From: Chiloscyllium plagiosum
Lineage: Eukaryota
DNA length: 36,307 bases
Assembly: GCF_004010195.1 (NCBI RefSeq)
Contig: NC_057718.1
Location: forward strand, 37,320,337-37,356,643
Reading direction: 5' to 3'
Each line of letters begins with the position of its first letter. The first letter of the stretch is position 1. Position numbers and translations under genes: made by a program. This document shows, one piece after another, positions 23,932-34,616 of the stretch. The notes below the pieces were generated by a model. That model saw only the letters and a list, made by a program, of their open reading frames with translations. It was not told where the DNA came from and searched no databases.

Positions 23932-23966
23932 CACCTGATGAAGGAGCGGCGCTCCGAAAGCTAGTG
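23932..23966 (+). ncRNA. Minimal type I hammerhead ribozyme motif
   Basis: CAC-CUGAUGA-A-GGAGC(GGC)GCUCC-GAA-AGCU-A-GUG; stem I CAC/GUG, 5-bp stem II, palindromic stem III. Confidence 0.65.
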
Positions 23967-25552
23967 TTTCCAATTAAAACTGTTGGACTATAACCTGGTG
24001 TTGTGTGGTTTGTAACTTTGTACACCCCAGTCCAACACTGGCATCTCCAAATCTGTTCAAGGTGGACAGTTGTCTCTTCAATATGGAGCCCAGATTCTAT
24101 ACAAGCAGCCATTAGAGTTGTTAACAAGTCTGCAGACCTTTGAGGGCCCAGCTGAAATGTTCGTGGAGGTAGCACACTTTCCAAGGTAGACTGCACAGGG
24201 TACCCTCTCCCAGAGTTAACTGGACCTAGCTGCCACGTTTCTTACTGCAACAAGCTGCTTTAAATCCAGCTTTATCTCTCTACCTGAATCAGTGTGTTTA
24301 CCTTCATCTGTGTTTTTATCTCCGGGCTGACTCTAGTTTAATCAACATGTTTTCTTACAGAATCATACACCTTCACTCCAAATCTCTGTCACCATGTTTG
24401 CCTCACAGAATTAACTACTAAGATAGCTTCATCAATCTTCCTGCTCTTGATCTGAGAAATCCTCTGAGAGAGCTGTTCTTCAATTTTTGCTGAAACTGCT
24501 GCATTTTATTTTTCAATGTCGCCTTCCTTCTTCTCCCTTCTTCTTTAAGGAAAGGAAGACAACACTAGTAGCTTCTCCTTCTCATTGTAAGACATTTCAT
24601 ATTTGAAGCAGTTTGAAGTTATTTATTCCAGTGATTTTGGAAGGCCTGGGTGACTCACAGAATTTGCACTGGTCCGGCACTTTGCAATACTATAGTGAGC
24701 TTAGTGTAACCTCTGAAAAATGTCAAGTTTAAGGATGCTTGGAATGACAAATGTTTCATTGTAGATCAGTGAGATGTCCACGATAGTGAGATGTCTTTGC
24801 TACTTGAAGTATTGTCTGAGTGTGGGAATACTTCAAAGATATTCTGGCCATCCTTTGGTTCAGTCCTCATGAATTTGAGCATGTTTTTCACTCGGTATTT
24901 TGAGCTTTTGAAAGTTCATCTAGTCTTTTTCTTGTTGCAGGAAAATATTTTTTAGTCAGTGATGTTTAGGACTCCACATCTTTGACAAAGGTTTTGTCCT
25001 CTTGGGAAGGCATTTCACTGGGAATGCAGGATGGTGGTTCCACTGTAGTTTGAATGCTTAACTTGGACATATGGGTCAAGATATCTGATCACATTAATCT
25101 TAAAAGAAATTGCTGGATTCTCAGCAGCATCTTATCCAATACTTCAGCATTTACCAACATAATTAATGGTTTGCAGTCTGTTTCAATGACAAACTTTAGA
25201 CTTGAGATAGTCTGAAAAATTCTCACAGGCCCTGCTGCTGCTAGTATTTCCTTTTCAATTACTGCATCGCTTTGCCTTGTTATGCATCTCTTTAAATTTG
25301 AAATAAACTGCAGTTCCTAGTCCTGTTGATGATTTGCCTGCTACTACTATTGTAGTAGCATTGGGTCATTGTGATATCATATGTCTGGGGGAATAAGCAT
25401 TTTGTTTGTCCTCAAATAAATTTATTGGTTTTCTTCCTAACATCATACTTGGTCTTGTCTAAGTCATTGTTGTGACCATTGATTTGCGTGTGCTAAATTA
25501 GATCAGAAATTATAGACATGATTCACAACCTGAATGAAGCTGTGAAGTTCTA

Positions 25553-25857
25553 AGATTACTTACAGTGTGGAAACAGGCCCTTCGGCCCAACAAGTCCACA
25601 CCGACTCGCAACCCACCCCAGACCCATTCCCCTACATTTACCCCTTCACCTAACACTACGGGCAATTTAGCATGGCCAATTCACCTAACCTGCACATTTT
25701 TGGTCTGTGGGAGGAAACCGGAGCACCCAGGGGAAACCCACGCAGACACGGGGAGAATGTGCAAACTCCACACAGTCAGTCACCTGAGGCGGGAATTGAA
25801 CCCGGCTCTCTAGTGCTGTGAGGCAGCAGTGCTAACCACTGTGCCACCATGCCACCC
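25553..25857 (-). mobile_element. HE1 V-SINE, young short subfamily (GTAAGTAATCT tail)
   Basis: Full head with A/B boxes and V-domain; highly similar to 34303-34616; interrupts Gypsy pol. Confidence 0.95.
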
Positions 25858-26047
25858 AGTTGTGAGGTGGTGGGCAATCTCTGATTGCTTTCCCCTTTTA
25901 AGAATCAGCTTAGATGTCTGTTATGTGACTGATGTGTCCCAAAAATTGAAAGGCTGGTTGCACGAACTCACCTTTGACATTGGGGGTAAGTTCTGCTCTT
26001 TTCAAGCTTTATAGTGAGTGTGTTCTGATTTGGTGGATCAATGAATT

Positions 26048-26914
26048 GAATTTGCAAAGAAAAACACCTTTGACCAACTGGAAGTAGTCAGTACGCAGCA
26101 TCCTCGAAACCCTGAAGGAAAAGGAGAGGGTAAATCCTGTCGTGAGGTTCCCTGAACAGACTGTCAAAGTCATTTGACAAAATGCTTTATCACCAGAACT
26201 TTCCAACAAGCCACCAAGACATTGCTTGGCTGGTGGTGAGAAGGGCACTACTTCTGAGATCCTTCATGTATATCTGGTGGGTGGGTGCCACTGCACACTG
26301 CCCTCGAAGTGGCTGCAGTGGAGTAGAGACTGTCACACATCTCCTTCCAGAATGTGCTTTTACAAAGGAAGTCTGGAGGAAGATACAGTGGTTTGTGTTG
26401 AGGTTCATCCCAAGCAGCTCCATGACATGAGACTCTGTGCTCTACGGTCTGTACCCCAGGAGGCACACCGAAACAAACATTGACAGTGCCTGCAGGACCA
26501 TCAACTCGGTGAAAGACACTCTTTGGTCTGCCCAAAACTTGTTGGTCTTCCAGAACAAGGGGTCATCCTGACTGAGTTGCAGGCTGGCACATTCCAAGGT
26601 CCAGGGCTATGTGCTGAGGGACTCACTATAGCTTGGGGCAGTGGCCCCTTATGGCATAGTGGGGAAAGAGCACTATCTGAGGATGTCCTGCGTAAGGTAA
26701 ATGGGGGTCCGCTCAGTTATCATAACCTCAAAGCACTTCAAATATATGTAAATATTAGTATTGTATGTGTAAGAGAGGTCTTTGGTTTTTGAATAGAGTC
26801 AAAGTCCAATGTTTTGTTTATTTATTGATGTGCAACTGTACAGAACCAAACTTCTGTTGTGACAATGTCTATTTACAAAGAGATTTTTATGTATATTTTT
26901 GAAATAAAAAAAGA
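26048..26914 (+). mobile_element. Tx1/L1-clade LINE 3' end, 5'-truncated
   Basis: Zinc motif QDIAWLVVRRAL..CPRSGCSGVETVTHLLPECAFTKEVW; A-rich tail; 9-bp TSD CAATGAATT at 26039-26047 and 26915-26923. Confidence 0.9.
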
Positions 26915-28502
26915 CAATGAATTAACGTATGACAAATACCCAATTCCAATCCTTCCAATATTTGCAATCATTCTTTTTAAAAAAAACCTGGTTTTATGTG
27001 ATACCAAAAGCCAATCGATGGAAGTAACTGATGCTGTCAATAGTTTGGATTCTTTGTCAACAGGTGATTGTGAAAAGCCACTATATGCATCTAGTTTGGT
27101 AAGGTTATATTTTTCGCAGGTTTGCAAAAGCCTCATCTACAGAAGTCATCTACGTCTCCCTTTCCACTGCTTTTGTGTAACTGTGTGATGTCAACATTGA
27201 TTTACAGTGATTCGTTTGATTTTGGTACAGGAACCAGGCCTGATCACCAACTTGTTGGTTTTATCATTGATGAGATTATTCCCTGACTCAATTTTTTTGC
27301 TTCATCTTCATTAAAAGTGCATATGAAACTTTCCTTAGGATGAGTAAGTACACTGGTTTGGCATCTAGTCTCAATGTGATATGATAGGCTGTTATTAGTT
27401 TTCTAAGGCCTCTAAATAATTTTGGGAATTTGAACTAGAATCCAATCAGTCTGCCTTAACTTTCCAACTTGTCTACTTTATAAATGGGTTCACAGAACTA
27501 TTTAAACTGCCCAGCTTAGTAGAGAACATTCTTGGCTTTGAATCATGCACCGAGTTTCTGTGATTTTTTTTCATTTGTACTGAAATGTCAGAATCAATTG
27601 TTCGTTGACTTTAAAGTTGAATGCTTTCTGGTCCGTGCAATCAAATGGTGAATGGAGGGAAAAGGTCTCGGTTTAGCAACTTTTCTATGTCTAAAAGAAC
27701 AGGCACTACTGTTCCGATGTCAAAGTTGTAGTTTATTTTCTGCTTGTCTACCATAATTTCAGTGATCGAATCATTTCCATTGGATCCTGTAATTTCTTCC
27801 AGGAACATCACTTCATTGGCTTTAGCAATTTCTTCAATGTTACCTGTTTTGGAACATTACCTTTGTTCATGGCTTGGTTCTTTTTGCTGCAGCAAACAGC
27901 CTTAGAATCTTCTGTCTTCTAGTAGGAAAGACATTTTGCATTTTGGCCAGACAATCATCAACCGGTGTAGCCTTTTCCTGCCCCAGGAAGAGCACTGCCT
28001 AATGGCAGCTACTGACCCCTCTTTGCATTTTCCTGGCCTCCGGGTAGGTAAACTTCCACTCCAGTGTCCCACAAACTTCACTGCCTCATTCAGTTTTCTC
28101 CACAAAGCCTTCCTGTCATCGCAAATAAAAATCTGGTTTGCTTTCTCACTGCTGCCTGTCTTAACAATTGCACAGCATTTGATAATGTTAAATCTTCCTT
28201 CGGTCTTCAAAATCTGATAAAGTCTCTTCCAAGTCTCTGACTGCAATGGAATCCTGAATTAATTAGTCTTTCAGGATTCTATACTCACAGCTCTCTATTT
28301 CTCAATGTAAATAGTTTAGGAAAGAACCTGCAATCTCTCCCAGTCTTTTAGTGCATCTATTGATTCCATCCGCTTCCCCCCCTCCCCTCCCCCATTTTAA
28401 AAATAATTGTATTTTTCTATGGCTGAAACAGATGGCAGATGATTTATAATATAATGTTGCAGCTCAATCACTGATGCACTGTCTTGCTAATAGATTATTT
28501 GC

Positions 28503-28636
28503 ACTAAAGTAAAGCAAAGAACTGCGGATGGTGGAGAACTGAAACAAAAACAGAAAATGATGGCAAAACGCAGCTAGCGTCTGTGGGAAGAAAGCAGAGT
28601 TAATGTTTTGAGTCTGATGACTCATCATCCGAACAT
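28503..28636 (-). mobile_element. Penelope-like family B element inserted in the Gypsy gag
   Basis: AAAGAACTGCGGATG..AAACAGAAAATG..GCAGAGTTAATGTTTTGAGTC; related to 6748-6900. Confidence 0.65.
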
Positions 28637-29717
28637 CATCTGCGCAATTGCTGATAGTGCAAAGAGGAGGATTGACTTGCCCATTGTTAGGTTCCTTTGC
28701 TAATCCTGATGCAATTCTATATTCAGTAATCACTTAATGCCAGATTGCTCTCTTCTTTGTTTGATTTGTACCTTCATCATATTCCAAGTGCTCCTGTTTT
28801 GCTAAAGCTTTGGCTGTCATTGTCCACGCTGACCCTATTCACAGGTCTTTCACTTGCTGCTTTTCCAGTTGCTGGGCTCTTTCTCCCCTCTGTTATGACC
28901 AGATAAGGAGGGGTAATACAGCTCCCCTCACTTCAACCTTGCTCCCCGAAAGGCTTTAAGGTCTTTCCAGTATGTGGCTATACCTTTCTCCAGTTAAAAT
29001 GTAGGTAACCAGGAAGAATAAGGGAACAATTACAAGGTTTTCTTCTGTGAATGAAAGTTCAAGCTTATTATCTGCTATCCAGAAAAGATAATAAATATGC
29101 AGAGTCAAGCATGCTGCCTTCAGGAAGCCGAACACATGTACACACTGGTTTGTGTATTAGACCATCAGTCGTTGCAAAATAACAGTTATTCTGAGAGTTC
29201 TTAGTGTTCTGATGTTTCTTTTCAATTAATATTGGCGCTAAGTGTATTTCCTTTCTGAGCAATAGAAGGAAAGAGCCTTCAGGCTGTCTTCAGTGCTGCA
29301 ACCTTAGTTTCATCTCCTCTCTCTCTACCAAAAGGAGATCTTTAAATCCAAGTTTATTTTCATATTTTGTGCATGCAGAAGTTGTGATTTTAGACTTATT
29401 TCTTGCAGATGCAGTTCCATCTCCAATATGTGAGTAATCACAGAAGAGTATCAATCAAAATAGGATTTACAGCCTTTTCACACCTCCCCAGGAGTCCCAC
29501 TGGTTGGTTTAATTGTTTGTAAATAAAATGGTAATTTCAAACTCAGGATGTCTCTTGTTTAATCCACATTGATTTCATGAAATTGACCAACCCTGTGTTG
29601 CTGTGGCTGTTGTAAATCAGTGTATTTGATTTCATTTTGCAAATCATTTCAGTTGACAGAAGTCCTCTGTTGGATGATGGAATTCAAAAATCAATAGTCT
29701 ATATTTCATATCAATGC

Positions 29718-30250
29718 TAAAAATCACACAGCACCAGGTCATAGTCCAACAGGTTTATTTGGAAGCACTAGCTTTCGGAGCGCTGCTCCTTCACCAGGTG
29801 GTTGTGAAGAATAAGATCGTAAGACACTGAATTTATAGCAAAAGTTTACAGTGTGATGTAACTGAAATTATAGATTGAAAAAGGCCTGGATTGATGATTA
29901 AGACTCTCATCGTTTAGAATGACCAGGTTGGTTTCAGTTCTTTCATAAGTAAATTGAAAATTTTTTTTTAAAAGTTACTAAAGTTAAAAGAACTGAAACC
30001 AAGATGGTCATTCTAAAGATGAGAATCTTAACAAACAATCCAGGTCTTTTTCAATCTATAATTTCAGTTACATCACATTGTAAACTTTTGTTATAAATTC
30101 AGTATCTTATGATCTTATTCTTCACAACCACCTGATGAAGGAGCAGCGCTTTGAAAGCTAGTGCTTCCAAATAAATCTGTTGCACTATAACCTGGTGTTG
30201 TGTGATTTTTAACTTTATACACCCAAGTCCAACACCAGCGTCTCCAAATC
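29718..30250 (+). mobile_element. Penelope-like element (family A) with long inverted arms
   Basis: Arms 29718-29943 and 29987-30211; tail to about 30250; imperfect TSD ATATCAATG/ATATCATTG at 29708-29716 and 30254-30262. Confidence 0.88.
30129..30163 (+). ncRNA. Minimal hammerhead motif with stem II weakened by two G-U pairs
   Basis: CAC-CUGAUGA-A-GGAGC(AGC)GCUUU-GAA-AGCU-A-GUG. Confidence 0.5.
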
Positions 30251-30670
30251 ATTATATCATTGTGACACTCTCTCTTTATTTTCCAATGGGTACTTTTCCA
30301 TTTCTTTTCTGGTGATGAGTTATCACTCTTTGCCATTATTTGTTATCCTAATAGTAGGCATTAGGGAAGGTGGCCTTGGTCACAATCAATAGTTACTCTT
30401 GAAAACTTGCCTGTTAGCAACATTATCTTTTTATTAAACATTATAACAGAATAGAGTTTAGCATGGGATTGAGCACAGCAACATCACTCCATTGAGTCTC
30501 TTGTCATGTGATGCTTTACATCCCTAATATTGTTGACAATTTACAAATCTTGCATTAATCCTTAATACTACAAAGATGTTGTTATACTTCTGACCATCAT
30601 GTTTTCACTTTACGTGGTCTACAATGAGAAATGATTCTCAGGCATTACTTAAAACTCAAGAGCAAGCACA

Positions 30671-30802
30671 AAAACAAAATATCTGCAGATTCTGGAAGTC
30701 TACAATGAAAACAGAAAATGCTGGAAGTAGTCAATGGGTCAGGCAATACCTATGGAGAGTAAAACCGAGTTATCATACAGGTCTGCGACCTGTCGTTAGA
30801 AT
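30671..30802 (-). mobile_element. Old Penelope-like family B element
   Basis: AAAACAAAATATCTGCAGATTCTGGAA..AAAACAGAAAATGCTGGAA..GGTCAGGCA. Confidence 0.6.
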
Positions 30803-31553
30803 TAATATCCAATCTCTTATTTTATTTATTTTCCTAACATTTCTCCTTTCTTCTTGATGGCCGACTTTAAAGACGTGGTACAGTTTCATGTATTCCAGTA
30901 ATCTTCAACCATCTTGCTCAGGAGGACATTCCCCACATGTCACTGTGGCCACTCAGTGCCAGCTAGCTGTTCGATGTTGGCTCCTTCACAGCCACACTTG
31001 AGCTTTCAGTTCCTCAGCCTCATGTGTACTCATTTGCGGTGGCCAGTACTCATCAACTATAGCCTGACATTTCTCCTTAGGACAGAGCACTTGAGTTTGC
31101 CTGTATTATATTTTGCCACTGCAGCCAAAATCCTGATTTGTTTGGATTTGCATATTTCCTAATTAAGCCACAAGGGAGGTATGCTCTTACAGTTTAGGAG
31201 AAGGATGTAATATAGCAGGTAGATGACCTTGTATAAGGACAGCCTTAAAGTATTGTGACTCATTGTGGAATATTTTCCTGCACATATTGAAATATACTTA
31301 GATTTGATTATATTGTAAATATTGGATAAAATTACTTTTGTATCTAATAAACAATTGGAAATACATCAAAGTAAGATAATATCAACCCCCATCTGCAAGA
31401 AAATAGTGACAATTACGTGGTTCAGTTGAAAACTTTGCTAAAAATACTAAATAGGGACAATCTATAATAACACATATCGCCAAGTATTTGATCTTAAGAT
31501 GGTCCCATTGCATATGACTGCTTTGTTCATAATGTTGAGTTTTTTTTTATCAG

Positions 31554-31609
31554 AGTTTCATAGACCTGCTCTTATTGTGCACGTACAATCCATTGGCAAA
31601 GATGACAAG
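31554..31609 (+). CDS. Candidate 56-nt exon; two frames open, product unknown
   Basis: TTTTTTTTTATCAG acceptor and AAG|GTTAGC donor. Confidence 0.18.
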
Positions 31610-32576
31610 GTTAGCAATTTTATTTCTAATGGTTTTCCTAATGAAAACAAGACTATGTGAGGTTAATGCTAAATTTGATATGGCAATTAGAAAAAAAAGT
31701 GTATGTTTTGAATAATAACATATTGGGACTATTTTAAAGGACTTCATTATATACATTTCAGTGAACAAACAGTGAAAATATTCTTTGCTCAGAATATTTC
31801 CTGCCTTTTGACCTTGAAATGCTTTTCAACTGTGCACAAGATCCAGTGGAAAATATCCTGGATTGCACATTATGTATGTACACTTCCTCTTCTGTTCTGT
31901 CAACCTGTATCTATCAATGGTACAGCCTGATCAGTATTCGTGACAGCTGATGGATGTTAGTCTTATAGTAAAAGTAAACAGTGTATCAGGAAAGCTAGAT
32001 GTCTTGGGGATATTGTATTTCTAGGTCACTGACTTTGAAGATTTAATGCAAATGCAACAATAACAGTTCTGCAGGTTTCGGGTTTTACTCATTTTTTTCT
32101 CTGACAGCTTTGAAGACTTCCAGGAAAATTTTATAAAATGACAGAGGTTCTGACTGACAGTGCAACTTGACTTTGCTAACCAGGGAAATGCCAATTGACC
32201 ATTATCTTACAATTTACCATAACTTTTCAATGTGGATGTTTAATTTTGTGGATGAGTGAATAGTGATTCATAGCAGCTAATTATTTTTACATAATGTGAC
32301 AAAGAATAGGGCAGATACACCACACCTTGTAACATTGTGAAGTGAATTCAGCTATTCAACAATGGAAAATCTACAGCACATGTCCTTAGATCACATTACC
32401 AAGACAAGGGTGATGTAATAGTAGTACTTAAAATTAGGTTTAAAAGTATCAGTGGATTCACTTTACCTTTCTGTTTTTGGTAAAGGGTTGATAGGACTAT
32501 TAACATTCCACTCATTACAAGATTCATTGTCATTTGCATGCTAGTTAGCAGAGCAACGCACATTCACATAAAAGTC

Positions 32577-33874
32577 AGTAAACTGATGGAAGGGGTCATT
32601 TACAGTGCTAACAAGCAGCACCTGCTCAGCAACAACCTGCTCAGTGACACCCAGTTTGGGTTTCATCAGGGTCACTCAGTTCCTGATCTCAGTATAGCCT
32701 TGGTTCAAACATGAACAAAAGAGTTGAATTCCAGAGGTGAGGTGAGAGTGACAGCCCTTGAAATCAAGACCGCATTTGACCAAGTATGGTATCAAGGAAC
32801 CCTGGCAAAACTGGAATCAATGGGTATCAGGGCAAACACTCTGTGTTTAGAGTCATACCTGGCACAAAGGAAGATGGTTGTAGTTCATCTCACTCCAGTA
32901 CATCTCTGCAGGTGTCCCTCAGGCCCAACAATCTTCAGCTGCTTCATCAATGACCTTCCCTTTGTCATAAGGTCAGAAGTGGGGATGTTCACTGATAATT
33001 GTAGAGTGTTCAGCACCATTCCTCAGATACTGAAGCAGTCTGTGCTCAAATGCAATAAGATCTGGACAATATCCAGGCTTGGGCTGGCAAGTGGCAAGTA
33101 ACATTCGCGCCACACTAATGCCAGACAATGATCATCACCAATAAGAAACACTCTAACCACTGCCCCTTGACATTCAAATGCATTACTATCACTGAATCCA
33201 CAACTGTCAACATCCTTGGGGTTACCATTGACCAGAAACTCAAGTGGACTCACCATATAAAGTGGCTACAAAAGCAGGTCAGAGAGTAGGGATACTGTGG
33301 CAAGTAAGTCACCTCCTGACACCCCAAAGTCTATCCACCATCTACCAGACACAAATCAGGAGTATGACGGAATACTCTCCACTTGCCTGGATGAGGGCAG
33401 CTCCAACAACACACAAGAAGCTTGACAACATCCAGGACAAAGCAACCTGCTTGATTGGCACCACATCTACAAGCATTCAGTCCCTCCACCACCAGCACTC
33501 GGTCACAGCAGTGTACACTATCTACGAGATACACTGCAGAAATTCACCAAAGATCCTTAGACAGCACCTTCCAAACTCACGACCACTTCCATCTAGAAGG
33601 ACAAGGGCAGCAGATACTTGGGACCATCACCATCTGCAAGTTCCCCTCCAAACCACTCACCACCCTGACTTGGAAAGATATTGCCGTTCCTTCACAGCCA
33701 TTGGGTCAAAATCCTGGAATTCCCTCCCTACAGGCATTGTGGGTCAACCCACAGCAAGTGGACTGCAGCGATTCAAGAAGGCAGCTCACCACTGCATTCT
33801 CAAGGGTAAATAGGGATGGATTATCCATCCTGGTCAGCCAGCAATGCCCAAGTCTCACAAATGAACTTAAAAAA
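32577..33874 (+). mobile_element. 5'-truncated CR1/L2-group LINE: RT domain and 3' end, with frameshifts
   Basis: SKLMEGVI..LLSDTQFGFHQGHS..ALEIKTAFDQVWYQG..GPTIFSCFINDLP..MFTDNC; IYQTQIRSMTEYSPLAW; KSWNSLP; A-rich end. Confidence 0.92.
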
Positions 33875-34302
33875 TGTATGTTTGCAGCACACTGTCTGTC
33901 CTTGTAATGAGAAGAATGGATAACTAGCAGTGACACTCAGAGTTGCTGGCTTGCATGACAATACTAAAGTACCAATCAGCTAGGGCATGCTTACTAACCC
34001 CTTCATTTGGCAACACAGCAATCCCATGTACACGTGTGACTTTTGTTCTGCGAGAGGACCTAAAATCCTAATTTTTATGGAAAATTTTCAACCTGGTCAA
34101 TTTTTAAAAAAAATATATTTTTATTAAGAAAAAATAGATTTTTAAATATTACAACAAATACAAAGCAATGCAATTCAAAACAGTACAAAAATAGTACAAA
34201 ACTAAACCCAAATAATAAAATAAATTCCCCAGCCCACCCTCCTATACGAATGTATAAACATATATAGAGAAGTATAAAATTAAAAGAAAACCTAAACTAG
34301 CT

Positions 34303-34616
34303 GGGCGGCACGGTGGCACAGTGGCACAGTGGTTAGCACTGCTGCCTCACAGCGCCAGAGACCCGGGTTCAATTCCCGACTCAGGCGACTGACTGTGTGG
34401 AGTTTGCACGTTCTCCCCGTGTCTGCGTGGGTTTCCTCCGGGTGCTTCGGTTTCCTCCCACAGTCCAAAGATGTGCAGGGTCAGATGAATTGGCCACGCT
34501 AAATTGCCCATAGTGTTAGGTTAAAGGGGTAGGGGTAGGGGTATGGGTGGGTTGCGCTTCGGCGGGTCAGTGTGGACTGGTTGGGCTGAAGGGCCTGTTT
34601 CCACACTGTAAGTAAT
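34303..34616 (+). mobile_element. Full-length young HE1 V-SINE in the L1 3' UTR
   Basis: A box TGGCACAGTGG (with an 8-nt tandem duplication), B box GGTTCAATTCCC, V-domain, GTAAGTAAT tail; TSD CTAGCT at 34297-34302 and 34617-34622. Confidence 0.96.

Larger units (their letters stand above)
23581..24051 (+). mobile_element. Penelope-like element (family A): inverted terminal repeats plus 3' tail, with TSD
   Basis: Inverted arms 23581-23690 and 23907-24016; tail 24017-24051; 12-bp direct repeat TCTGTTCAAGGT at 23571-23582 and 24052-24063. Confidence 0.88.
28891..30267 (-). mobile_element. Solo Gypsy LTR (about 830 bp without the nested element) inserted near the gag start
   Basis: Minus strand TGTCACA...CTGGTCATAACA termini; flanks CCCTC/CTCTC (4/5 TSD); same GTCATAACA end as the LTR ending at 3564. 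Confidence 0.65.
24600..30340 (-). mobile_element. Decayed Ty3/Gypsy element (Mag/K02A2.6-like) gag-PR-RT-RH-partial IN, with nested insertions
   Basis: Gag EYRIASGLAKE..QVNP..CADD (about 28730-28640); protease INYNFDIGTVVPVL (about 27740); RT KLDAYSGFSQSPVDKESKLLTASVT (ORF 26873-27136) and FQFLGHI..ADS*KGKAI (about 25950); RNase H AVIEKEILAA..FVIETDCKPL..RIQQFLLRLM (about 25265-25090). Confidence 0.88.

Noticed and set aside
33244..33907. Longest ORFs (189 and 150 aa) as host genes
   Set aside because: They are frames of the LINE RT C-terminal region.
34303..34385. tRNA gene
   Set aside because: The A/B boxes belong to the HE1 SINE head and run straight into the V-domain.
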